The position numbers were made by a program, and so were the translations under genes. A DNA stretch of 64,000 nucleotides, from the NCBI GenBank assembly GCA_951406725.2, contig OX597815.1, forward strand, positions 13,702,001-13,766,000. Direction: 5' to 3'. Below are positions 40,398 to 55,972 of the stretch, piece by piece; position 1 is the stretch's first letter, and every line of letters starts with the position of its first letter. The notes beneath the pieces are model-generated. The model was given only the letters and a program-made list of their open reading frames with translations. It did no database searches and had not been told where the DNA came from. Source of the DNA: Octopus vulgaris. Taxonomy: Eukaryota.

Positions 40398-41047
40398 TGT
40401 ATTTGTACGTTAGTATTGTTACTAAGGCGACCAGCAGCAGAATCGTTATCGCGCCGAACAAAATTGTTAACAGTATTTTTTCTTGCACTTTACGTTCTGA
40501 TTTCAAAAGTAGCCGAGTCCGACCTTAATCCGCAACAAGAAGATTTGTACTTTTTGAACCTTACTGCTAGAGTGATCAAGATATAGAGCAAAACGGAATT
40601 TGTCAATATTTCTCAATCCATTTTATTTTACCAAATCAAAGTATAACGTGGAGAATTTTGAGAAGACATATAAGGAAGGATGCCAATTACTTTGAAAAGC
40701 AGCGCAGTTTTCTCAAATATGTAGAACATAAAATGGCAGCTGCAGCAGCAGCAGCAGAGTTGCTGCAAACAGTGGCTTTGACAGCAACAAGTACCAAATT
40801 GGCAGCAAAAATGTAAAATGGACAGTAACAGTGACACAACTAATATTATCACCACCACTACTATAAATGGCAGCGATGGCATCGGCAACAAACAAGTGCG
40901 ATGATGAAGAAGTAACGCACTACAACAAAGCAACAGCATGATCAACTGAGAACCAGTGAGCTTATAATAGTTTGAACACATCTATTATTCCTTCTGTCAC
41001 GACTACCACCTTCAAAAATGCACACCCGACAAAAGGACATATATATA

Positions 41048-41116
<69 letters not shown>

Positions 41117-41119
<3 letters not shown>

Positions 41120-41360
41120 CCCCAAACATCAGGCTCTTATATCACTTTATCGTTGATAAAATGATATAAGGGCCTGAGGTTTTGGGGTTACATTTTAAGA
41201 AGGGTTCCAGGAAAACACGGAGTGGTTTAGGAACCCGAGGATATACCTCATGAAATACGTGTTGCGAAGTAATAAAATAGTAGGTATTTAAAATAAAAAT
41301 TAAAAAATTATTTTTAAATGGTGAGGTGTAGGGGCCTACTATCTCTAAATTAAAATATAT
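41117..41360 (+). mobile_element. PLE-like terminus with 5' fold-back hairpin (41117-41190) and decayed HHR (41171-41266)
   Basis: Homologous to 45465-45655; core mutated to CTGAGGT...GAAATACGTGTT. Confidence 0.7.
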
Positions 41361-41425
41361 TTCTTCATTGAGAATAATTTGTATCTCTGTTATGTCGGAA
41401 TGTTTATTCCCTTAAAAATAAAATA

Positions 41426-41456
<31 letters not shown>

Positions 41457-41461
41457 GCATG

Positions 41462-41652
41462 TGTACTTCGTAAACACCAGTCGCGTTTTTTTTCCCTCTG
41501 TTCGCCCACATCGGGATCTTTCTTTCTTCTTTCTTGCTTCTCTTATGTCGAAACGTCATACCCTCCTTCTTCCATTTTCCTGAGCGCCTAATAATAATAA
41601 TACTGTAATTGTTCCACGTGTTGTTGTTTTTTCTGTTTTCTCGTTTGGATTA

Positions 41653-41656
<4 letters not shown>
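41462..41656 (+). mobile_element. Family D-related element (HHR 5' half lost)
   Basis: CGAAACGTCA...TTCCTGAGCG...TTTGGATTAAC-(TA)n, homologous to 51431-51620. Confidence 0.6.
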
Positions 41657-41693
<37 letters not shown>

Positions 41694-41750
41694 AAAAAAT
41701 GAAGTTCGAAAATGCTGCTGTATTATACAATTTTTAATTTTTATATATAC

Positions 41751-41794
41751 ATTATAACATGTTTCAGTTCCTGAAATGAACCTTATCAAAAAAA
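41751..41794 (-). ncRNA. Degenerate hammerhead ribozyme (U3-A8 variant)
   Basis: TTGATAA-GGTTC atttcag GAACT-GAAA-CATG-TT; stem I weak; lies in a (TA)n-abutting fragment. Confidence 0.55.
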
Positions 41795-43436
41795 GTTATA
41801 TATAAAAAAAGACAGCTCATGCCGTCAAACACAAGAAATTCATTTATAATACACAACGGAGTCAGACATCTTAGAGTTCATGTATAGTTGATATATAGTT
41901 CATGTATAGTTGATATATAGTTTGAAGTATATGTTGAAAGTGTTCGATGCAGTGGCCCACGATGGCGATACGTATTCAATACAAAAAACAGATCAAAGTG
42001 GTGGAAAGCGGTCAATACAGAAGATTGATGTTTCCGAAAGAGCGAGGAATTCATTTTTACCTTAAGCAATTGTGATGACCCATGGTGGAAGTTCGCTGGG
42101 TGGTTCTAGTGAGTTTTTGTGAAGTGCTCGGTTTTATAATGCCTGTTAGGTGGTCAATCTAGCGTAGCGTGACATAGAGAGAGAGAGAGCGACAGAGAGA
42201 GAGACAGACAGACAGACACACACACATACAAACACACACATAGACAGAGAGGTACACAGACAGACAAACGAACAGGAAGGCAGTTAAGACGATAGGTAGA
42301 CACAGTGACACACAGCTATATCAGTCACCAACAACGCCAAACAAAGAGTCATTTTGTCACGCAGTCAGCGAAATTAAACGCCACACCCTAGCAAACGCCA
42401 TACATGAGCATGCAGTTGGAAAATAAAGATTTTGGAAGAAACTTATGGAATGCACTGTGGCATCAGATAATTTAGTCTCACCACAGTGAGAGGTTCAATG
42501 AAAGCAAAGATCCCCAATTGTCGACAGATGCATTAAGAACATGAACAGAAAGATAGGCTACCCTACGCTGACACAAGCGAAAACGTGCATAAGAATAGAA
42601 CCCGCGGGTGTATTATGACACGTGAACATAAGCAAAATATCCGCCTCCTCTCTACCATTAAGCATCAGTAGAGAAGATGCTAAGATATTATTAATATGTA
42701 GTTGTAATGATTATCTCCTACCACAATACCTGGGGAAAGATGCATTAAATTTCACAGTGTAAGATATTTTATCCTACAACAGAGTAATCCTGCGTGGGAA
42801 ATACGGAGAATTAAGAAAATCAAAATATCTAAAATTAGAATAAGGTTCAAGTTTAGCTTGAGTTGTTTCTGTAGCTTGTACAGGCAGAACTACCTATAAC
42901 AACGGCAACAGCAGTAGCAAGAGAAAGAAGAGTCAAATCTAAAACCACAACCAAATCAGCGAAAAACGTTACTTTTGAAAGAAGACGCGAAGCAGGATTC
43001 ACTCACCGCTGCTCCCACTAAAAGATGAAACACTAATAAAAATTACTTATACGCACATACGCATATGTTCATCAACATCTATCTCCGCCTTCCCACATCT
43101 CGTCAAATGACGGAGAGCTGATGAAAACAGGAGAAATTTAATTCGTCGGAGCACCGAGAGAAGAGACAGAAAATGAAGTAATCACTAAAAAACTTCAGTT
43201 CAGCCATCCCCATGCACACCGAAAAAAGGACACAGAGAGACAGACAGGCAGAGACACAGGTAGACAGACACACATACAAACAGACAGACACATAGACAGA
43301 GAGGCACAGAGATAGACAAATGAGATAGACAAAAGAAGGCAGTTAAGAAGGTGGACACAGTGACACACAAAAACAGGCAGACATTCAAATAGACAAATTA
43401 CAGACAGGTAGACAGACAGCCAGAGAAACGGTTAGG

Positions 43437-44108
<672 letters not shown>

Positions 44109-44734
44109 AAGTAGCCAAATATATTGCTCAGTGGTAACAAACACCAATAAGCATTAATGCTTCTACGAGTATCTCACTACATTGTCAGTAAATCTTAATC
44201 AACTACGCTTGAAACAAGATTTAATCAACAGACATATCTTTCATGCCTTCATATAATCGAAGAACGCAATGCTTTCATCCATTCCTCCGTATATTATTTT
44301 CTTTATTTTTCACTCTTATTTGCAGTTTTTTCAACCACACTTACAACAGAATGTTAATATTCTCAATTTTATAATAGAACAAATATGCTTTACGCGTATT
44401 TCTCTCCGTTTCTCCCTTGCCATATACGCAGATACACGTGCATGCACACACGCATAGACGCATGCAAACGTTCCGGTTTATCAACGAACGAGGTGCAAGA
44501 TCCACTATGCAGAGTGTAATGTCTATTATTCATTTATATAAATTGAATTTCTTTTCTCGCGTTTCCACTTTCCTCTAGCTGCATTTTTCTTATGGAAACT
44601 GATTTTTTCCTTCTTTCTGTCTTCGTTCATTTGATCGGAAGGCTATCTTTATTACTGTTTTTATATTATTTTTTGTTATATATAACTGCTCGAGCAAATG
44701 GATGAATCGTCATCTTCTGAACCGACAGAGATCC

Positions 44735-44957
<223 letters not shown>

Positions 44958-44970
44958 ATATATACATATA

Positions 44971-45042
<72 letters not shown>

Positions 45043-45481
45043 CATATATATATGTACATTTCTTTTACGTTACCTTTAAGTTATTTTTACTTTGCAAATT
45101 CTTAATTTTAAAAATGTTTATCATTCGTAACATTTGTAATTTTTCTTTTTGCATTTTGTCATTCGTACTATAGTTTTTATTCGAAAATATTTATTTGTCA
45201 TTGCCTTCATTATTATATCATCACAAGTATATATATTATCCCTATATATTATTAATTTTATATGAATGTTTACAGACATAAGTTATGTGAGAATTTAATT
45301 TTTGTAAATTTTTATTTTTTATTCGTATTATTAAATTTTTTATTTTCATTTGCTATTTTTTATTTGAGTTGAATTATGGCTGGCACAGTAAGGTCCGGCG
45401 AACCTCTTTACACTTACACATACTTATATGTTAAAATTAAAATAGAGTATTTAGTATCGAACTATGATAAAGTCATTTATA

Positions 45482-45575
45482 GGCCTGATGATTGAGGTTA
45501 CATTTTAAGAAAGGTTCCTGTATAACACTGCGTGCTTAAGGAACTGTACAAGAACCTCAAGAAACACGTGTAGCT
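45482..45575 (+). ncRNA. Type I hammerhead ribozyme with extended stem II
   Basis: GGC-CTGATGA-TTGAGGTT...GGTTCCT..AGGAACT...AACCTCAA-GAAA-CACGTG-TA-GCT; canonical core, 8-bp stem II. Confidence 0.88.
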
Positions 45576-45682
45576 GAGAAATGAGTAGTAAGTATTAAAT
45601 TTAATTAACATGCTTTTATATGGTGGGATGAAGGGGACTACTATCTCTAAATAATATATATATATATGTATGTATGTATATA

Positions 45683-45756
<74 letters not shown>

Positions 45757-45849
45757 CATACATATATATATATATATATTCGTTATAATATCATATATAC
45801 CATACCATATAGAATATAGGGCAGTTGTTTATTTTTTGTATGTGTCATG

Positions 45850-47235
45850 TAACAGTTTAGAAAAAAAAATATTGGTTTCATTTGTAGCGTGAACTAGACA
45901 TATCTTCAGTTCTTCTAAATGATAATTGTTCTCTGCAAATAATGTTTATTTTAAACCACAAGAACTCCGGTGATATTTCAAGAAATATTCCGCTTAAAAA
46001 ATTATGGCCGGCCTTGATAGCTGCGTTTTCCAATTTTGAAGCAAAAATTTCCGAAAATGTCGACAACTCCCCACGGCTTCCATCTTGGCGTTCATGTAGC
46101 CTCCTGCCTCATGTGAGTTCATAAGGATTATATATTCTTCTGCCATACACAATTTACATATTTTTGTTCCATTGCGACAGAGTCCTCAAGTTTCTAGTAT
46201 TTTCCACCTGATGTTAAAGGGCATATGATTTTCATTTAAGCGCCTATATATACTACGAGTGTCGATGTGTTGCGTCTTTCCGGGACCCTGAAAGAAGATT
46301 TGCGGTTGTTTCTCAGGCGAATTTTAAATTTGGATTCACAAGATCTGGCATAAATTTTAGTGTGTGTCCCTATGTTTACATTGTTGTTACTGATATTTGT
46401 CCTACTTCTGCTTGAGGCTACCTTTGCTTGGTACACTGTAGTCTCGATGTTACATGGGCATTCACTTCTAATCCTGCATAAACAACCTGCCTCTATCAGT
46501 GGTTTAGGAGTGCTAAATATTTGTCTCTTACCATTTGTGTGATCGCGTGAAATGCTTATCAACCAACCTAAGAAAAAGCTTACGAACGCATGTACGAACG
46601 TTTACGGAGAAGCAGGGAGCGAATCATAAGGTCTCGCGGTGGAGTTTCCTTTTATGATTACTCGATCTTTGTGTATATACTATATGGTCCTTGAACCCGC
46701 TGGCCGCTAGCGCCTCATTCTATGCGGGAGCCGCTTCGTTGAAAATATCTTTATTTGAAGATAAGTTTGAAATCCGTTTACTAATACCTTATATTAGGTT
46801 TTTGAACACTATGTGTGGGTGGCAAGATGCTGTATTAATGTATGATAGCCATACAGGTATGGTCTGTATGTGCCTCTGTCTAAATCAGGCGTGACATCCA
46901 AGTAGTTCACCACGGTGAGGTTATTCTGTATGTTGATTTTACAGCCAAAGTTGTTGAGAGTGTGTATGATGTCCTTTCTAAGCCTATTTAAAGTATGGCC
47001 TCTGGAGATGGTTATGGCATCATCTCTATATAAGCCGAAATGGATAAAGGGGAATTTATTACCTAGGGTGTCCAGAATGTAAAACCCTTTAAGGTTGCAA
47101 ATATCAGCGCTGTCGTATACCCTCATAGCGACGTTGACGGAGCCTTCAGGGTCAGTTCGTTTGACCCAGGTTGAACCCTGGCTGTATAGTAGCGTTTTTC
47201 TAGTGTGCATAACTATATCAATTTCTCTATCACTT
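45850..47235 (-). mobile_element. Penelope-like element (Naiad-like), decayed RT and GIY-YIG endonuclease
   Basis: RT: VAMRVYDSADICNLKGFYIL...GLYRDDA...VNYLDVT; EN: CLCRIRSECP...VYQAKV...FKIRLRN...NTSTL...IRWKIL...ICKLCMAE. Confidence 0.92.
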
Positions 47236-47610
47236 ACATGATATAATTATGCACGCTAGGAAAACGCTCCATCTCATTAACTTGATTAGTGCCTTATAGG
47301 AAGATATTCTGTACACTAGATTTTTCCCCTTGATTTCTAATCAAACACTGATGGGGCTACTACGTAGCCATACTTACCTGATCTACTAGAAACACAAAAA
47401 TGTCTCTCAAATCACATCCCGTCGAACTCAAAATATCTAAGGCACACTATCTTTCCACCTGTCATATAAACAGCAAAGAAGGGACGATGTTGGCATAAAT
47501 GAAATTGATTATAGATATTCTTGGTTTGTTGCTTTAATTCTCATCTCGATTGAACCCGCTTTAACGGTCGGGTAAAGCAATACTGGTTCGCAGTCTCAGG
47601 TTTCTATAAT

Positions 47611-47902
47611 CACTGTGATCACCGTTACCGACCAGGCTATCAGATGTTGCTACACATCGCTGGTCATCATGTGCTTCGCATTGTTTTAGCCAAATGACGC
47701 CACCCCGCTGGCTAAGCGAGCAGGCCAACAGAAGAAAGAGTGCGAGAAAGTTGTGGCGAAAGAGTACAGCAGGGATAGCCACCACCCCCTGCCGAAGCCT
47801 CGGGGAGCTTTAGGTGTTTTCACTCAATAGACACTCTCAACACCCGGTCTGGGAATCGAAACCGCGAGTCCGCTGCCCTAACCACTGGGCCATTGCGCCT
47901 CC
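47611..47902 (-). mobile_element. SINE family A with tail type 4
   Basis: Head GGAGGCGCAATGGCCCAGTGGTTAGGGCAGCGG; TSD AGGTTTCTATAAT at 47598-47610 and 47903-47915. Confidence 0.9.
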
Positions 47903-48628
47903 AGGTTTCTATAATACAGCACGTTAAAGCTGAAGCATTCAGTTAAATGCCACGAGAACAGGTAAACGTAAAACGTAGTACGAATACACATTGTATAATG
48001 GCACGTTTTAAAACGATAATCAAATAAGAGTTTCAAACTCAGCATTACACTTTATATGAAACAGATCTACTTCAGACAACTTGAGCTCTGCTAATACAGC
48101 ATTTCATACCTTTGTAAGATAGTGACAGAATACTGTTCTGCGAGACTTCGACTTCTAATACATGCTCTGGGGTAAAAGGAACACACAACGGCTTTTAGAT
48201 TACTGCTGCAGGAAGTAACGTTATCAAGATGCTTTGTCACTGTCCCTCTCAGAACAGAAACCTTGTCAGAACGTTTGCAGCAGGCTAGTTTCTATTAAAG
48301 CCGACCATGATTTAGGTCATGGAGAGAACTCAACGAGAATTATAGCCTATGATCCAATAAATTAATTTCAGTATATTCTAACCAATCAGCTCAGTTGCAC
48401 AAGTTCTGTCCGTCTCCTCTACTAAAATACGAACGTTCGATGTTTCTACTCACACGTCCAGTCTTCCTACGCGAACATTTGCATATCTGGTGCCGACCAA
48501 TAGAATGATCAATAAGAGCGAATAATCTTACATATATCAACCTTAACCAAAATACTTTCTTGCACATTAATCAGGCCTACTATATATATTGATATGGACC
48601 GACTGTTTTTTTCCCCCTACAATTTACA

Positions 48629-48718
<90 letters not shown>

Positions 48719-49197
48719 ATACAAGTTTACACTCGTGTACACTTCTACATCTACACATACACATATAAAAATCTACACTCATATACATACGTTGAAGAAC
48801 GTTCGGACGCATTGAAAAGCTGCTAAATCAGTGAAAGTTAAATAATATAATAATATAATTTGCAAAGATGGCCATGAACGACAACTATATTATAGTCTTG
48901 TCCGCTATTCTTTCATCTTGCTTTGCTTACACATATCGATCAGCTGTCATTGTGGAGGACATTGTCATTCCCATCTAGTCGTAGACATCCTGAAAAGCTG
49001 TACTTTAGCACAATCTACTAAGTAGATTTATAGTGGCCACTATTAAGAGAATGAAATGGGCGAAGAGGAGAAAAGAAAGATTTAGAAGAGGAAGAATTTG
49101 CAGGAAGAGAAGTAAGTAGGGAAAAAGGAGGGTTGGTCGGACCGAGGATATCATATGTATATAAGCACGCACGCACATACACACATACACATACACA

Positions 49198-49239
<42 letters not shown>

Positions 49240-49422
49240 AATACTTACATATATATATATATTTGTGTGTGTATATATATATACATATATATACATATAT
49301 ATACATATATATACATATATATATACATATACATACATATATATACATATATATATATATATTTATATGTATATATATATATATATTTATATGTATATAT
49401 ACACATATATATATACATATAT

Positions 49423-49489
<67 letters not shown>

Positions 49490-49686
49490 TAGAAAAAGAA
49501 AGAGACAGACAGACAGATAGACAGACAGAAGAAAAAGGTAAATCTGTAAACGGAGAAGAGGAAGTGGTTGAAGCGAAACATGATGAGAACGATGATGAAT
49601 GTTTGTGGAAGAAGAGAGATAGAGAAACGATGACGATGTCTGTTATACATTAAGCTTTCCACTTATCATCATCAGCAGCAGTCTTA

Positions 49687-49750
<64 letters not shown>

Positions 49751-49906
49751 TTTACTTTGCTTTGCTGAAATAATTGATTTATCAATCACACGCTATTGCT
49801 ATCTCCAACTTATCTTATTCATCACTTCATTTGTGCGTATGTCTCAGTATACACATATATATACTCACATGTATACATAAATATATATATACATACATAC
49901 ATATTC

Positions 49907-49944
<38 letters not shown>

Positions 49945-50053
49945 TCATATACATATGTGTACAAGTATACATCCAGACGCACACACCTATATATGTATGT
50001 ATAAATAAATATATATGTATATATATATGCATATATTTATATATAAATGCATA

Positions 50054-50164
<111 letters not shown>

Positions 50165-50165
50165 G

Positions 50166-50209
<44 letters not shown>

Positions 50210-50764
50210 TAGAGATATATTTATGTATTGATATAGTTGATATATATGTATGTTTGAATGTTGGTATTTATTTATGTGCTTCTTTTATTTCTATTCCGTT
50301 ATCCTTTCCTTAGATTCTGTACAATGGACGCAACGTCCATCCCCGTATTTATTAAGCATAAGTTGTAGAACGCTTGCCAGACATCTCTTTGTCAGCGGTA
50401 AACTATACCCAACAATACCCACCTACTAACTTCTTCAAACACGTTACATTTTCTTCCGTACTTATATCAACAACTTACACTTGTCTCTCAAGCCTTGCTT
50501 TCATCTAACCAAAGCATATGTCACCTCACTAATACTTCCATCTTTTTCCTTTTTATTTTATTTTATTTTATTTTATTTTATTTATTTCATATATATTTTG
50601 TATAGTGTTGTTTTGCAAATGTATTGATTTATCTTGTGTAAGTTTTAATGTACCTGTGTGCCTGCAGATGTGCGCAAATATGTATGCGTATGTGTGCATG
50701 TACGAGTGTATGTGTGTGTGCGTGTCCGCCTAAGGGCGTGTACAAATGTTTCATCCCGAGCAAG

Positions 50765-50812
<48 letters not shown>

Positions 50813-50842
50813 GATGTGCACATGCCTAAATTCTTGTATACT

Positions 50843-51007
50843 TTTGTTTCAGGCTTTTGACTGCGGCCATGCTGGAGCACCGCCTTTAGTCATTCAAATG
50901 GACCCCAGGGCTTATTCTTTGTAAGCCTAGTACTTATCCTATCGGTCTCGTTTGCCGAACCGCTAAGTTACGGCGACGGTAATCACACCAGCATCGGTTG
51001 ATAAGCA
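50843..51007 (-). mobile_element. SINE family B, 3' half
   Basis: Matches 16470-16635. Confidence 0.85.
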
Positions 51008-51347
51008 ACAATTCTTCGAACCATATCACATAATGATAGTGCATAGCTATTCACATTTTGGCACACACGGATATACAATACCTGATATATATAATATGTG
51101 GGTGTGTGATGTGTATATTTAATATTCATGTTACATAACTCTGTGCATGTATGTATATTAATATTGATGTATATAATACATGTATAAATATGTGAAGATG
51201 GAAATTGACATGCATATAACACTACAGGTGCTCATAATGAAACCTTGAAGTCACTGTCAGCATTTTTCTTGTAAATATTAACAAAGCCAGTATTCTACTA
51301 AAATGTTATATGTTAAATCTAAATATTTAAAAATGTACATATACGGA

Positions 51348-51427
<80 letters not shown>

Positions 51428-51488
51428 TGTATATCGTTGGCGATTTTCTTTCTCCGTCTTCCCTTTCTTGGACCTTTCTTTTTTCTGT

Positions 51489-51523
51489 GTTTCTGAGGAA
51501 GAGCCCCGCTCGAAACGTTAAAT
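51489..51523 (+). ncRNA. Minimal hammerhead ribozyme motif in a family D-related element (51431-51620)
   Basis: GTTT-CTGAGGA-A-GAGC ccc GCTC-GAAA-CG-TT-AAAT: canonical core with a palindromic AACGTT in place of stem III. Confidence 0.7.
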
Positions 51524-51642
51524 CGTCCTACTTTCTTTCCTTTCCTGAGCGTCCAATAACACTATACTTGTTCCACGTCCTCGCGTTGTTGTGTTTTCTC
51601 TTTGTTCATGTTTGGATTATCTATAATTACATACATATCTTC

Positions 51643-51680
<38 letters not shown>

Positions 51681-52322
51681 TCCTGTAGTTTCAGTTCAGA
51701 GCTGCGGCCATGCTGATGCACCGCCGTTTTGCTAGACTCTTATAACTGAGAGACTCCTTCAATATGTGACACTTGGTGAAGAATGGAGTTTGATGTAGCT
51801 ATCCTCATTTGCACCTCTTGCCGTGAGGTACGTTCATTTGGGACTCTCGACAGGAAGAGGTCCAGCTTTGATTTAAAAACGCCTACATCTACTTTGTGGA
51901 GGTTCCTCATGCTCGTTGGGAGAATATTAAAAGACTGTGGACCCCTTAACAGTAACTGGTCCTGAAGCGCGATGGGGTTGCTGGGATCTTTGGCACTATG
52001 CAATATCGTCCTGTTCTGACATTGGTGTAGCTTTCAAATTTGGCACAACTCCTTCCAGGATCTTCCAGATGTATATTACTGCATACTTCTCCCGCTTGCT
52101 CTCCAGGGATTAGGGTCTTAGCTGTTTCAGCCTTTCCAAGTACATGAGCAGTTGCAAAGAGACGATCTTATTTGTGAATCTTCTCTGTATTGCGTCTAGG
52201 TTGGCTGTTAATTTCACACTGTTGGGTGACCATTGCTGGGAGTAGTAATATAGGCGGCTGAGGACGAATGTCCTACAGAAGACCATCATGGTTCCCTTAT
52301 CTCTGATTCTGAATGTTCCCTC
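51681..52322 (-). mobile_element. CR1-like LINE 3' fragment
   Basis: GTFRIRDKGTMMVFCRTFVLSRLYY...GVFKSKLDLFLSRVP; same family as 5031-5610; ends at (TA)n. Confidence 0.88.
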
Positions 52323-53004
52323 AGGATCCATCCAGCCAGGGCTCTCAGAATCATCTACTATATATCCTAATAGACGAACAGGCTTGTATACCTGTTTGTG
52401 CATGTCTTTGGGTGTGTGTATGTATGTGTGTGCGTCAGTGCGTGAATATGTGAGTATAAAGTTTTACACACACGTACATATACTCATCCACATACACTAA
52501 TAAACTTTCCGATCACTTTTGATCGAAATTTTGCCCAAACGATGTTGTAAAAGTACAAGAACATTAGAACTAAATGCGTAGAAGTTTGTGTATGAGGTTG
52601 AAGAAATGCATTGGAGAAATGCGTATAATTAAATATGTGCAGATATCAAAGCACCCAACATTACATACAGATCAAACTGCGTCCTTTCTAGAAACAGACC
52701 TCGTCCTCCATTACATGTTACATAAAAGATTTTCAGTTCAACAAGCAATATCAGACATTTTTTTTTTTATCCCTCACAATCTAAACGTAACATCTTTTCT
52801 GTGTCTCTATAAAATCATCAACTAATGAAATTGGACAATACGCACAACATATGCTCTACGGAATCCACAACCAAATTTTCCTCAAGATTTCAAACATATT
52901 TTAGTCCAATTCTATACATTTGCCTTCAAAATGTCTAAACATAGAATTTATAGAGTTTAAACTACTACAAAATATAATATGCCAAATGGGAATCCAACTT
53001 TGCC

Positions 53005-53873
53005 TTGACTGAATGCATGGATTGTGCAAGGATTGTGTCTTTGTCTCAGATTCAAAGTAATGAAATGAACATCATTCATCTTGGCGTAGGAAAGGTTCAA
53101 GGAGACCAGCTATATATGCCTGAGAAAATATCTGTTTCCCATGATGTGATCAGCTTAGTGTGTCAGTGATCAAGTGTCAGTGTACGTGGCACTGACCGAA
53201 CAGAATCATTTGCCATGGCTTCGTCGTGCCAAGTTCACTGTTGAGAATATTCTCAACTCTCTCGCGGCGAACACGATCCATGATCAATGTTTGGTGGTTG
53301 AGGTTGCATGACGTCCAGACATTGGGTCATCTTCAAGACTCTCCCCTCTTTTCTATAATATCCTTGAGTTTGGATCAAAAACTAAATCAGTAACAAACAC
53401 GTAACAAAATTATATCTCTTCTCGATGTCATACATGCTACTGCACACACCACAAGGTACGTCGCACTGCCAGTACGCATGTGCCTTTATAATGATTAGGA
53501 CAGTTCACTTGCTATCCCACAGGAGTGTCAGGATTTCACCACAACACTTTCCTAAATGCAGCTGCCAAATTTGCACTATTGACAAGTCCGGATCATTGCC
53601 CCTAATATGGCAACCATGTCAATTGAAATTTCTTTGGCAGTAAAACTCTCATTCTACAGGTACTTCATAACACCAGAATGTCACATTTTGTCCACTTTCA
53701 AGGGGAGTCACAACTAGTCAGATTTGGAATATTCTTTGAACAGTCAGATATCGGTTTAGTTGAAAAAAAAATCAATTCATTTATAAATAAGAGTTGGAAT
53801 TAATGCACGCAAACTTTCACAGCTCTAGTCTCATTCCTTCGTAGTCAGCATACTAACTTTCAGTCCACCCTCG
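53005..53873 (-). mobile_element. Mariner transposon remnant (left TIR and N-terminal transposase), interrupted by about 300 bp of unrelated sequence
   Basis: TA|CGAGGGTGGACTGAAAGTT TIR; peptides ESLEDDPMSGRHATST, RERVENILNSELG, VPRTLTLDH, QDE...HYFESETKTQS. Confidence 0.82.
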
Positions 53874-55935
53874 TATACTCTCAACTGCTTTAGATCAAGA
53901 TATAGGTTATATTTTCCATTTTTTACTTGAAATCGAAAATTCCCTATTTCTTTTTTTATCAAACTATTATTCTTATTACTAGCCACCATTCCCCGAATAT
54001 CTCTTTAATAGTGAAGGCAGTCGTTTATTGAATCTCAGAATGCAGTTTTATGATCAGAAATATTTTCTCTAGGGTTACAAACAGATACCAGTGCAAACGT
54101 TTTGTAAAGCTGATGAAGATAGAGCAATAAAATACATTCATTATGTGTTCTTGTGTCAACCTCTATAATAAATATTATATGTTAAGTTCATCGATCTTGA
54201 GAAAGTTAAGCATATACGCAGGTGAAAAATTTTAGTTTGTCTAAACGTACGTTGAGCAATTGCGTAGCTGGAGTTATTGTATTAAAGTTTGAACTTTTGA
54301 CCAAGAAATATTCTCATATTTTCATACAAATAACATATCTTTGCTTACAGTAATTACCTTCGTATTCATTATATATTCCTTCAGCAAGTGTGATGGAGGT
54401 GATTGTAAACTTACAAGATCAGATTTTGATTGCAACGCATCAAACATTGTTCTTCGTACACACTGGAAAACAAATATTCAACATTGTCTGTTATCGTTAA
54501 TTTTTCTCGTAATTTATTAAGTGTGATTTATTTACTATTTATGTCTAGTTATCATTTTCGCGCTCATGTACTAAGTCTGTTAACACCAACTTATTTAAAA
54601 ATTTAGTGTCGTGTACCGAGTCAATAGACCAATAATCTATACGTTGTATTCGTAAAACCAATATTCAACATAAATTCCGATAGATTGCTAAATATTATCA
54701 AAATATGTTCTTTGTGGCTCGTCTTTTATTACAATGTTGTTGTCGATTTCGCAAATGAAGACAAATTGATTTTATGCCGTTTGGTACACTTTCGAGATGA
54801 AAAATTCAATACTAATTTAAGAATATTCTCTAGATCTTCGTCGATATTAAGATCTTCGTTCATTAAATTGTTATACACAAACACGAAGACCTAGCAACTT
54901 CGTACATAATTTTAACGATAGTAAATTATATTTGATGCTTCTAAAATATCATCTTGAAAATATATTCATCTTTATAAATGAATTATTACGAAAATGGAAA
55001 ATACACATTGTTTATTTTTTTCGCTAACGTGTTTCAAAAATGTTTTCGTACTCTACTCACCGAGTTTCTATTCTATATTAAAAAGATATATGTAATTCAT
55101 TCATCACCTGGATAATATCAACATTGATAATTGGTACCCCAATGATCCCCGATACTTAATTGTGTGTTTTTCTACATCTGAAAATGTGGTCAATGTTAGA
55201 CTGAGTGAGGCAATGGGCAGCTAGAATCGTGAGCATGCCGGGCAAAATTCTTTGCAGCATTTCGTCCGTCTCAGTTTAAATTCCGCAACGGTCGATTTTA
55301 CCTGTCGAGGTCGATAACATAAGTAATAGTTGAACGGTGGTGTTGATGTAATCGACTTAGATTCCGCTACTGAAATTACTGACCTTGTACTAAAACCTGA
55401 AACCAATATTATTAGACTGAGTAATGTAATCTACGTCAACCATTACTCTTAACATATAAAAGAAAATAATAATTTGAGGCTATTGATCTTCGATCACATT
55501 TACGATCATGCTTTTGTGAGTCTTAGAAATCATTTAAATCCGCTGGGTAATGATGATAATAATATATGAGCAATTTGCCGTTCCCCAGATTAAGTAGATC
55601 TGTTCTATCAAGAATATATATGAGAATTGCTCAAATGTCAGATACCGAATTAATAGGAATATATGGTTAGACAACGAAAAGCAATTTACCCTCGAGATGT
55701 TTATGCCGTAATATCGAAAGCAGGTAGTAAGATGAAAGCATACAATATCAAGAAGAAAAACATGAACAAGCTTCAAAATTGTTAATTCATAAGACAAGTC
55801 ATTGAAGTCGAAGACAAAGTCTTTAATTCTGATGATAAAATTTCTAACACACTTTGAACAACATTTCTCGAGGCGCACAGAAGACTATTGAAGTAAATAA
55901 TGGTCAACACGAAGAGAAAATATTGCAAAGTCAGG

Positions 55936-55972
<37 letters not shown>

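Noticed and set aside
40730-40950. CAG/CAA-rich stretch as a polyQ exon
   Set aside because: Frames are interrupted and no splice context was found; degenerate trinucleotide repeat.
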